NCBI GenBank assembly: GCA_965113315.1 | Contig: OZ220363.1 | DNA length: 64,000 nucleotides | DNA from: Podarcis vaucheri | Lineage: Eukaryota | Reading direction: 5' to 3' (one strand) | In this document: in pieces, positions 35,566 to 47,500 of the stretch | Numbering within the stretch: the stretch's first letter is position 1 | Layout: every line of letters begins with the position of its first letter | Translations under genes and position numbers: made by a program | The notes under the pieces: generated by a model | The model's database searches: none | Told to the model about the DNA's origin: nothing | The model's input: only the letters and a program-made list of their open reading frames with translations

Positions 35566-38500
35566 TTGTTAGAGCCTCCTTAATCTTCAGAGGACATTCT
35601 TACCAGGGTTGAAACAAACTTGTCCCCATAAGTCTTGCGGAGATTGACTTTTTAAACATTTGTATTTTATAATCACCAGGTATTTCAGCATTATGACTGC
35701 AGGACTATTAAAGTATTCTGCGCTCCTACTCACTCCCCTCACCAACTCCACAATCACTCCAGCATCAACATCCTAGAGCTCCTTCCCACCCCATGCAGTG
35801 ATAAAGCTCGCTTTTCATATCTCCAACCCCATTCAGGATAGAAGTCACTTCTATTCTGCAACCCTGCTTTGCACCAGTTTTCGCATTCACCCCCACGTCC
35901 ATGCTGCCTCTTCCTTACTTTTTTATGCACGCTCCCTGCACACAGACCCACCTACATTCTCTTCCCAAACATTGCAGCTACTAATTACTCTTGTCTTCTG
36001 CCAAATTATGAAGCCACTATCCCCTCCTATTCAGTAGCCCCTTTTGTACCCCTACTTTTTTGTAGCCCCTTTTGCACCAGTTTTACCATCACCCTCTACC
36101 TTCCCCCATCCCTTTCCTTTTCTCAACTCCTGCTTGCACACAGACCATGCTTCAATGAACAGCATTGCATGAAGGTACTATGGAATATTTGAGGGCTCCA
36201 CATGCATCCTCTATCTTTCTCATATTAGGCAGCTGAAGAATGGAAGAGGGATAAATTTGACTACACTATGAAGCAAGGGACACTGACATATTCCCCTTCA
36301 TTTCCCTCAGTGCTCCTTCCACCACAGCACTGCAAATGCCCCATTTAAATCCATCCACTTTCATCTACTCCCAAATTCCTCCTCGGCAGCCTTCCCCTCC
36401 CCCCTCTGCCACTAGTGCCCTAAAATTGTGTTTCTCTCACAGTTACCTTTCTTTCTATTCCCCTCATTCCTCCAAATGCCACCTTTACCCCCACCCAATC
36501 CCACCTACCCCGTCCTCTTCTCTTCTCCACCTCACACACAGAAAGACTTCCCCTTCCCCACCAAGTCATTTACAATAGTGTCTTCTCCCTTTTCTCCCTC
36601 TTCCTCCTCCTGCCCCTGCTTTAGAAAGTTAGGAATCAGCCCCCGAAAACAACACAGAGGTGGGCTAGTGCAAATATAATTTAGATGTGAAAGTTTGCTA
36701 GGCATCATAGCCAATGTGATAAGCTAACAGCTTCAGATAACATTCCAATTGAGACCCACATGATCTCTGCCTGCTTTTCAGCAGGCAATGAAAATGTGGC
36801 TCTTTAGCTTAGGGCACTAGATACTGCCTGGTTTTGGAGTTTGGTTTTGTGTTTATCACTTGGTTTAACTTTGTAAAGCACTAAAATATCCTAATGGACT
36901 GAAATGCACAGAAGTATTGACAAATTAAACTTTAAAGCAATCATATTTTGAGGTTCATATACTGATTTCAGCGGTTTTTCATCTCCTGGTATAGTAGCTT
37001 TCCTAATGCCTGCCTAGGGCTCAGACAGACAGCAATAGGCAGTGTCTGCTTATGTCAATTTTTGTGGGATTTCTTATTTTGGCTAAAGCAAGCCATATTT
37101 GCTTTTAATTTGGCAATGTGTTCATCTTGGGGAACTAGAATAACTCCCATAGAAATGATACAGTTTATTTTCAAATGTTGGCAGATGCTGGCTCAGAAGA
37201 CATCTCAAAACAGTAGTTCCAAGGTGAGAATAAATTATTGGTTTTCAGCTAACCTTAAAACTTTAATGATCCCTGACTTACTCCAAATCACCGTGCAGAC
37301 TTGAAAATATGCTAATATCCCTCATATTTGCAGAAGCGTTCCAGTTCCAGAGGGTTTTTATTAAGCCCTTATCCTCAAAGGAATAAGCAGTCTGCTGTGT
37401 GTACTCCCGTAAACTTGCGACACTCACCACGCAATTCTTCTGGCACTGCAAACAAAAGCATTTTATCTCAAAAATCAATATTCAGCTCAACCTGCCTCTC
37501 TACCACCAAGATGAATGTCAGGTAAAGGCACTATAAGTAGCAACAGCTAATAAAATGTTAGTATTGTGAGATTGTGACATTTATAGAATGCTACACAGTT
37601 GAAGCATGTGTATATTTAATTACAACAATGGATGAAGGGTTGATATACACATCTAATAAACAAAATAAAAATAAACACTACTTTAAAAGATTGTGGGGGG
37701 TTAGTAGTTCGGGCTCTCTTGCATGTTTTCAGTGTTTATTTGGAAGAAAATTGATTTAAGGAATAGCTGAAACTCGACCATTAAATACTGAAAATAACTG
37801 TTTTGCTCAGATTCTCTACATCTACAAAGGATAACGAGCACAAGCGCTCCCTTACCAAGACGCCATCTAGAAAAACTCCTTTCCCGAACGTTGGTACCCC
37901 AGCCAGCCAGGAGAGCAATAAGTCAATAACTATGACAAATTCCAAAGGAAGTGCAACAAAGCATCAATCAGCAGAAATCCCAACAAACTCTGGTAACTGA
38001 TGAACTTAATTTGCAAATAAACACAGTAGCAATTGTCTATACTTGATTCTACAAGGACGAGGTAATTCTTGCAGTGTAGGCATCTGGTGCAGAATCTGTG
38101 GGCTATTGTTGAATAGTCAGGATTGGGTTCTCTCAGTGTCTAAGGTACTGAAATAGCTACACTGATGGAGTGGGCTACAAGAAGGGAAAAATTAATTCAG
38201 CATGAAAAGCTGGAACAGCATTGCCCTCCAATATGCAGTCCAGTGTGTTATAAGTAAACTGTCTCTGGAGACAGGTCTTTCCTCATGCCTTCCTTGGTTT
38301 GTCTCTTGAAGCCCCATGTGGTGTCCTGTCTCGTCACTCTTCACCCCCTGCGACTCATATTCTTAATGGAAATTTTCTTTCCTTTAATAAATACTTGTCT
38401 AATTGAAAGGCATTCATGCTCCTTTGGAATAAAGGCAGTTTTATAGTGTAACTATATTTGTAATTTATTTGTTCGGTACATTAGATGACTGAAAAACTCA

Positions 38501-41500
38501 AGCCGACTTTTTAGTTTAAAAAAGAGCAACTTCATCTTTTTAACCTTTTGCTTTTGCTCCGGGGAGTTCAGTATTTAGTCTAATTACTACTAGAATCCAA
38601 ATGGAAGTGTAAGGGTAATTGGTTTTTCATCAAATTTACAGCTCGGTCAAGCTTCTATACATAACTTCTATACACTTTCAAGCAGCAAACAGTTTAGCTG
38701 GTATCATTTGCTAAGTTTTACCTGCCCGTCACTGGTGTTCATATGCGGTCTTCTTTTAATAGCCGTTACGCCTTTCAAGTTTGAAGCCACCAGCGCAAAG
38801 AAACCAGTATTTGATCTACAAGCAAGTCTGTCAAGACCTCTTAGCTATGAGCCACACAAAGGTATTGAAAATTGGCATGCCAATATAGTTGCAAAATGTG
38901 TGTTTTCCTAAAATGGCCCCAACTTTCAGTGTACATAGAATCATAAATTTGTAGAGCTGAAATACACCACAGGGTCATCTAATCCAACCCCCTGCAATGC
39001 AGGAATCCTTTGCCAAACATGAGCCTTGAACCTACGTCTCTGGGATTAAGAGTCTTGTGTTCTACCGACTGAGATCATACCACTTGGATCAATAAATTTT
39101 ATGTACATCATTTAGAAATCTTATTGAATTTGTCTTTTCTAAATCATATTGAAATGAGTTCATTCTTGATTTGTGAAGGCCATGACGCAGACCTTTAGAC
39201 AAAGTAGAAAGCACTACCAATCCTAGGGATTTTTGCCTGTTATATACAGAGGTAGGGAAAGTGCATTTCTGTCTAGTTCTGTTAACTGCAAAGGATAGCA
39301 AGTAAAATAACCCATCTTGCAGCTTTTCTTGAATTCCTATAACAATTATGCTTTACTGTATTAGTACTGTTCGCTAGTTTCTCACAGAAGACATACAGTA
39401 GTTGTGTGAGTAAAACCCACTACTGATAGGCTTGAAAAAAGTTACCTGATCTAATCATTCCTTGATCATAAAATTCCATGTGTTCAAGCTTAGGTAGGTC
39501 AGCACTGATTTCTAGATGAATTTTGCCTTTCCAGAGTAATAATACACTGCAAGTAGTAAGTGCTAATGTGCAGACTGAAATTGGAATATACTTAATTATC
39601 TTCAAGTTCACTCAAACAATTTGTGCTATATACAAAAGCTAAATCTTGGTATATTTTCCTTCTATGTAAATATAGGAAAACTGAAACCTTGGGGCAAATC
39701 AAAGGAGAATCTCCAGTCTCCATGTTCACACAAGAGAAATTATAAACAGCCACTTCTTCAGACTAGGCAAGTATATGACTTAAGGCTGCCATACAGCCTA
39801 CCATAAGCTGTTTTCAGATGTTGTGACTACTCTCATAACTTTACCTCACTTCACTTCACTCCACTCACATGTGTATGCTTTGGAAATCATAAAAGAGCTC
39901 AAACAGTGGACCAATCCTAGTATGGGCCACCTTACCTACCCTCTAGTAGCAATGTTGGCGGCCCCATGCCATCCAGTGAGGTCTCCTATAGACAAAGTAA
40001 GGATTTGATAGTTCTGCAATAAGACTGCTGTGTATAGAAGTGATCAAGCAAGCAGTGTCACACCTGCGGGCCATACACATGGCAAGTGAAAAGGGTTTTG
40101 TGCATATACTAACATACTTGGCAAAGTATTTTTATATTGTGGGTGGATGTTATGTATTACTTTACTTAAAATATTGCCTAACACAAGTATGTGCCTAACA
40201 TACGGTATGTGTAGAAATTCTCCCCATGAGACGGGATACTGAGCCACTCGAGATCTCCCTCTCCCATGGATGAGCTCTTTGCACACATTAGTGTGCATGC
40301 CTTCTCACCCTCACAAAATATGCAGGGAGGGAGGTCTGGCCACCTTTCATAGGCTTTCAACTTAGGAAGCTCATCTGAAGTCACTTGATAGAAAACATTG
40401 AAAGCCCTGACAAAAGCAAAGGGAAGAACTTGATTTAAGAGAGGGACATGAAAATAGGTGATATACGTTTAAGTTTTAATTGTGTGAAGCATAAAAGACA
40501 GCGACAGGTCCTCAGGCACCCTTAGGTTGGAGATACAAATAATGAAAAGTGGTCCCCCATTAAGTAAGGGTTCCCCCTGAAGTGTACTCTTGGGTTGAGA
40601 GCTGAAACATCCGCCCCCGCCCCCCAATACTTCTGTCATTCTGCAGCATGAGGTTTGGGGCCAGCAGTACAGCTTGTGGATAGGGGAAAGGGAGGTATAA
40701 AATAAACCATAAGGTGTGTTGTTCATGGTGGGGAGCCCGCCCTGTGAAATGCCCTCCCATCAGATGTCAAGGAAATAAGCAACTATCCTATTTTTAAAAG
40801 ACACCTGAAGGCAGCAGGCCTGTTTAGGAAAGTTTTTAATATTTAATGCTGTATTGTTTTTAATACTCGATTGGGAGCCATCCAAAGTGGCTGGGGAAAC
40901 TCAGCCAGATGGGCGGGGTATAAATAATAAATTACTATTATATTACACACTCAATTTAAACTTGCTTTAGGGATGAAGGAAGGCCAAGTACTTCTGTCCT
41001 TGCAGGCCCCTGACTAATACTGCCCTTTAAAGAGATGAAACTGTCTTCAGTTTTCAAGCCTCCCATTATGCTACAAATAATCTTAAGTGGCAGCTGAAGC
41101 TACTTATCAGTATTAAAAATCTTGTATATAGTTTATGCAATTTAAACCCCAATCTGGATTGAAACCTTTCTCCAGTGTATCCAGTATTATTCTCAGAGCA
41201 GTCATTCAGAAATACAAATACTTGATTTCTAGGCTGAGCTAGCAAGTAGATATGGAAAGCAGAGAAGTAACTACAGCAATTTCTTATTTGCCTATCTTCT
41301 GAATGGGGTCATACTTATTTTCCCAAATATTCTCAAAGACGACTTAATTATTTCACATATGACTGGAATTCAACCATGCAACTTTATAGTCGAGTATGGT
41401 CCGTCCCCCGTCCCCCCCGAAAATGTAATGCCTCCTTCCAGATGTAAAAATGGATGCAGCAACAAAAGAACACTGAGCGGTTTGTCTTTACAGTGGTACC

Positions 41501-41851
41501 TTGGGTTAAGAAATTCGTTCTGGGGGTTTGTTCTTAACCTGAAACTGTTCTTAACCTAAAGCACCACTTTAGCTAGTGGGGCCTCCTGCTGCTGTGCCGC
41601 CACTGCACCATTTCGGTTCTCATTCTGAACCTGAGGTACTATTTCTGGGTTAGCGGAGTCTGTAACCTGAAGCGTATGTAACCCAAGGTACCACTCTATT
41701 GGCTTTGTGTACTTGTTAGCACTGGTGCATGAGTTAATCTAATATGTTATGTTTTGCTTACAGAGAAGAGAGGAGGGAGAGGCATGTCCAGGAAAGAAAA
41801 CAGAGAAAAGACGAAGTGCTTAGATCCCGGAGAGGATTAACTGTTACTTAA
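29448..41851 (+). CDS. NUSAP1: Nucleolar and spindle-associated protein 1, 12 predicted coding exons, ~449 aa
   Basis: Exons 29448-29540, 31063-31128, 31403-31555, 31977-32145, 32570-32638, 35188-35300, 37185-37223, 37334-37521, 37811-37992, 38763-38861, 39676-39766, 41764-41851; phases consistent, 1350 nt. N-terminal SAP-like [86 protein letters not shown] and a KEN box. ATTAAA at 42258-42263. Confidence 0.93.
33122..33152. repeat. (AAT)n microsatellite
   Basis: Direct reading. Confidence 0.95.
33296..34033. mobile_element. Tc1/mariner-type MITE (same termini family as 3961-4631) with an unrelated CpG-rich interior
   Basis: TA|cagtggtgcctcgc...ttcgtcttgcgaggcaccactg|TA. Subterminal motifs (tttccctatggg, cttcgcaagacgaaa) are shared with 3961-4631. 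Confidence 0.85.
38934..39073 (-). mobile_element. tRNA-Lys-derived SINE with CR1-like tail (second copy)
   Basis: Reverse-complement similarity to 3690-3831 (ctcagtcggtagaacacaagactcttaatccc... tail ...atgattctatg). Confidence 0.75.
40590..40945 (+). mobile_element. L2-type LINE 3' end
   Basis: Ends ...gggagccatccaaagtggctgggg...gatgggcggggtataaataataaattactattat, a squamate L2-like terminus also seen near 54935-54980. Confidence 0.6.
41491..41696. mobile_element. Tigger/pogo-like MITE (family of 22062-22261, opposite orientation)
   Basis: TA|cagtggtaccttgggtta...taacccaaggtaccactc|TA. Confidence 0.85.
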
Positions 41852-44560
41852 GGCCAACTCAAAAATGACTCTGTAAACAGCATTTTTATTCAAAACATTT
41901 TCTTTCCTGTAAATACATTTACTTATTTCCTATGCAGTTATATTCTTAAGTCAATCTGTTGTCTTGTACAGAACTAGCTTCATCTAATGAGAAAATATAG
42001 GGCACTGGTGTCAGCTAATTCAGTTTTAACTATCTGAAAAGGGGTTGTTAACAGCTTCAAACCTGCAACTTGTAATAATTAACTTCTGTTGTGAATGTCT
42101 TCTCTAGATTCACTTACTATCTTCTGGAGTAGCTGAAAACTAAAAAATTATTCCAGCTGTGGACCAAAAAAGTGTATTGTATAAGATAAAAGGAACAAAA
42201 TTAAGTTTTAGATACATTTAATTGAGTGTTTTTATATAACTTTGTTTTACTAATTTCATTAAAGCAATATTGTTGACAGTATGTTGTGCAACTTGGATAA
42301 AAGTTAATTTTAAATCAGTGAACACTATCACACAGCTCTGCCACCACAGCTATTCTCTACTGCTGTAGGTGCTCTGAACCTCAGTTAGCAACAACAATCG
42401 TTCATGTGGTGGTTAGCTGTATATTCTCTACAGCAAATGTTGCAAACCTTTTCAGATCCATGAACATCTTTTAATTTCTGAGTCTGCTTCTCTGTTTATT
42501 TTCCAGCTGCAGACCATGGGAAAGGTTTCAAATGCTACACTTTTCAGATGGCTAAGGGTGCATTTCCAAGTGCTATGAGGTTTCTAGTTCTGGCTGGCTG
42601 GGGTCACTACTCGCTTCCCTGCCATTGGCACCTCAGCACTTTTGGGGGATATATTTGTAGGGCAGCCATCTAGTCTTCTGTGTCTACATTTGTGAGACAT
42701 TACAGAATTAATGCCTATTCAACTGCTGGAGCTTCTTCTGGTAGGAGAGTACTGCAGCAGGTACCAGTAAGAGTAGGGTCCATAGCTGGTCCCACTCATC
42801 TGAGTAGCTTTGATACATCACATCCAAGAATCCCCTCCCCTCTGCATGAAAATGTGACATTGGACCTCCTATAAAGGTCTATTTCCTGCAGGGGCAGGGG
42901 GACCCTATCCGCCCTAGGTTAGTTTGGGTCACTGGCTGTGGGTTGGACAAATTTATATATATTTTTAGTATTCTCTCAAATTGAGTACCCTCTAGTTCAG
43001 TTCAAAATTGTACTGGTTTTATACTGGACGTTCTTCCTCAAGTCTTGTTTTGCACGTTGTGTCTGAGCTGCAGTCCTTTTCTCCAAGGTTAACATTCTTT
43101 TCTTCCGAGCTGGATGACCTTGTCTAATTCACATATTTTGCCTGTGTAGCAAATTGGAGGGACAACCCATCTGAGGATCCACTCCATCCCTCATGGGAGG
43201 CCCAATGTCACATTTTCAATTGAATACAGGAATTCTTAAATAATGAATTGGGAATTTTCTGACTTCCTACATGAAAAAGTAGTATTGTACTGTTGCCTGA
43301 TCAAGACCACATAAGCTTAATCTACGTCCTGGCTGGTGATCAGTTAAGTGTGGGAATACATTTCATCACCAAGTCTGTCCCCACCCCCTTCAAGCGTATA
43401 CTATAGCTTTAATCAAGGACACTGGAGGATGAGCAGACACAATACATATTTATTTTCTAAATTTATATCCCATTCATGGCAAAACAGCACCCAGGAAGGA
43501 TCACAACATGCATTGCATAAAAAACTACTAAAACATGTTCTTCCACCTGTCCTAAATGTCTTCAGTCAAGGCTGATCTTCAAAAGTTGCAGAAAAACATT
43601 TTCACCTTGCTCCAAAATTAATTGATGTTGGTACCAGCCTGCAGGGAAGTGTGTTCCTTCTATGGGGTACCACCACCAAGAAAGCCTCAGAGGCCCAGGC
43701 ATCTAGAACTCATCATGATTTGACCAAAAAGACTTTAGTCACAGGCAGGACATAGTAGAGACAAGGAGGGTTGAAGGAATAGCCCCTAGTGGTATTGTCC
43801 TTACATTTGACTGATAGCAGGTGCACACTTCCCCGTTTCCTACTCCATTATGAAGAGTTCTGATAACAGATTCTTCCCACCTAAACGGAATGGAAGAGGA
43901 TCGCTTTCTGCTATTGGATGTGTAGCTTGTTTTGCAAGCCTCTTCCAATGAAGGGCTTCTAAATGGGACAGACTAAGGTCACAAAGGAATCTCTTACTCC
44001 CTCCAAATGGAATTGCAACTAATCTGCACGCTAGAGGCTTGGGTCACAGCATGGATTGCATTTTTGATCTCACTCATTGGGACCCATTTCTAACAAGCTT
44101 TGGCATGTCTGCAAATTAGCTCATCCTGCGTGTGATGGATGGTAGCTACAAAAAAAAAAATCACAAAGAATGCAGTAGCCAGAAATGAGTTTAGGGTAGA
44201 AATTTATTAGGTAGCCCAACACACAAGCCCCCAAAGCCTTCTACATCACTCATTAGTTAGCTATTTGTTTCCCATAAAATACCTGCTTCTTTTTCTTCAA
44301 GTGAAATGGATATTTCAATGTAATTTTAGACCTTTGACCTGTTGACTTTATTCCAACTTAGTAAACCATTAGAATGCATCCAGTCACCTATCCTTGAAAG
44401 CCATTAACTTTCAGCTACTACTGTCTTTCCACATGCTATTTTAGCAGGCCACGGTTTTCCCCCTCCCCCTGCTGTTTGCAAATTTTGTGTAAGGGGGGGG
44501 AGGGATGGTGGAAGTTTCCAGTTTCAGATGAATAGCAGTCCTCCAAATGTTCAGTAAGTT

Positions 44561-47500
44561 CTACTTCTTGGGATTCTTGGGATTTCTTTCATATAGCTCA
44601 TAGGCAGTTTCCTCTGAATGGGCTGCATCATAGAACAATCCAATGAAGTCAATCTCCAGCTGAAATGGACCATTTACTTGGTCAGCTATGGTGAATCCTA
44701 AGGTACTTATCTGTTTAAAAACAACAACAATGCATAATTTGTAATGGCATTTTCCAAATTATTCCTCGAATTAATAGACTTGTGAAGGCCAGAACATTTC
44801 TCTACAAAGATCCATTCATATTTTTTAATGGTCACTGATTGTCAGCTTATAATCAGAAAACTGGTCTTGGTTTATTGGTAACTAGAAAGTATACAAATGT
44901 ATGGCAAATAGCCTTGGCTGAGAAGCTAACATAGGTTAGAAACAGGACAATTTCAATACAGACTGGTATTGCTTCATTGCACACATCAACAGTCACTAAA
45001 ACTACAACAAACTCCAAGCCAAACCCTACGTTTGGTTCTCCAGCTTTGCCTTCTCTTCTGACTCTACAGCAGAGGTTCCAACAGGAAAGAAGGACCCGTA
45101 TGAGATGAGTTCCTCTCATCACATACTCTAGTTCAGGTACAGCCCTCCTGGGACTTTTCAATCTCTCTGGTTCTGTTGTAGGCCTTCACTGGGAAGGTAC
45201 TTGAAGGACTTGGTACTGGTGAGCGCATAAGCTCCCTGCACTTTTTCTTGGAGAGCAACAGGGCAGCTCTACAAGTTAGCCAAGAGCTAAGTGCAGGTTT
45301 CAAACATGGAATTTGTATAAAGCACTGAAAGCTTTTGTCATTTGTCTCTGTAGAGCAGGGGTGTTCTGCAGTTCAAAAGTTCTTTGCAGTTCACAATTAG
45401 TCTAAAGAGGATGGGGTATGGAGGGAAATTCCGAAAGAGCACCATCAGCATACAATTTGCGGACTTGTTTCATTGGACCATATAGTTAAAATCTTGCACT
45501 TTCAAGTAGCAGATTTAAGTGCAAGAATATTTACCTTATCTAACCAGAGTGCATGTTGGTTATCCTGGATTCTCCCCCGGCTTGTAAAAAAGAACTTAGA
45601 AAATGGAACCTGCCAATAAGAAATTATTTGTTATTATTGTTTATTAAATTTATATACTGCTCTTCACAAGATCTCAGGGCTGTTCACAGAATAAAATACA
45701 AGATAAAAACACAAGTAAATACTTAAAACAACAACAATAACCTCCCCCGTCTCCCTTTAGTCAGAAGCAAGCATATTTTAGGTAACTGGTAGCAAGTGCC
45801 TTCATGCAGCTCATAATTTCATATTGTGATTTTCATAGTGGTGCTGGCTCTGGATACAAAGCAGGTGTATATATATATGTATGTGTGTGTACTCACTGGG
45901 ATGGCTATGTAGTTAAGTTTTTTCCTACCCATTACTATTTATAATCCCTGTCACTTGTGGATAATGCAGCATTCTCTCAACTGATTAGAACTGAAAGCAC
46001 AGTTATGTACAAGAACAGGAAGATCTTTAAAAGAACAAAATAAGTTATGGAGCAGCTAGAATGAAGGATTGGTCAAGCTATCTGTCTAGGAGGAATTACC
46101 ACAGGTAAATGGAAATCTGCATGACAAAGACACATATTAACACTTGAGATTTTCAACACTATATAAACTCAACAGAATAATGCTGCATTCATGATGCAGT
46201 AGTAGCAGAATACTTTTCAATAAAGCTTCATTTTTTAAAACCATATTACTATTAACTATGCAAGCGCTTCTATAGTTTCATAATGCTTAGCCTGCAAATC
46301 AGGAGAAAAATAACTGAAAGCAATAATTCTGAAAATACAACTCCATGTGACCACAGTCACTCCTGTGCCAAATACGTATCTCCCAAAATAGCCTTGTCAA
46401 TAGTTTGCTGAAGTCTGCAAAGAAGATACAATTGTGTACAGGCTACCTATATGCTTAATTAGCTATTATTATTTTAAAAATTTGTAAGGTAAAGGTACCC
46501 CTGATTATTAGGTCCAGTTGTGGACGACTCTGAGGTTGCGCGTTCATCTCGCTCTATAGGCTGAGGGAGCCAGCGTTTGTCCACAGACAGTTTTCCGGGT
46601 CATTACTAAGCTGCTTCTGGAGAACCAGAGCAGCGCATGGAAACGCTGTTTACCTTCCCCCTATTTCTCTACTTGCACTTTTGGTGTGCTTTCGAACTGC
46701 TAGGGTGGCAGGAGCTGAGACAGAGCAACAGGAGCTCACCCTGTCACAGGGATTCGAACCGCCAGCCAACCTTCTGACTGGCAAGCCCTAGGCTCTGTGG
46801 TTTAGACCACAGCGCCACCCACACGTGTAGACTGCCCTTAATCCATACAGGTACTAGGGCATGATACAAATAGGTATAAACAAACTTAAGCATACCAGAA
46901 AACCAGAAAACATCGTAAAACAATAAGAAGTAACCAAAAACAGTAAGAGAAGACTAAAATGCCAACATTAAAATACCTAGTTAAATAGATATAGACCTGC
47001 TGCAAAAATGAATGGAAACTACAGAAAACCAGTTCTTTCAGGGTGGGTGCAACCTCATGTATAAATTATACACCTAACTCCTGGACACAAACCAGCTACC
47101 TACAGAACCTCCTTCTTGTCAGGTTTCCGCCTCATTTACTGGCCCTCATCCAGCTGACTATCAAACCCCAGCACCTTGACTAGCCGCCCTCACAACTATG
47201 AGTTTATTTATCTAGAAACTGCCTCCATTTACCTTCAGCAGCCTTCTATGGGTTTCCACTTATCTCTCAAACGCTTAAAACTTGAAAGCCTGAAACCGGT
47301 GTGGAGGTACCCATAAAATCATTCTGTTTTTCACTTTTATAATTATTCCTTCTACATGTTTAAGTTTGTAAAGCCTAAAAAAATCCATTTGGACTTATTT
47401 TCTGTGTCCTACATATTATTTGATTTAAATAAATAGTTTGTCAGCTTACATTTCCTTTAAACTACAGAAGAGGGACAGATGGGACTGTAGGGCCTCTTTA

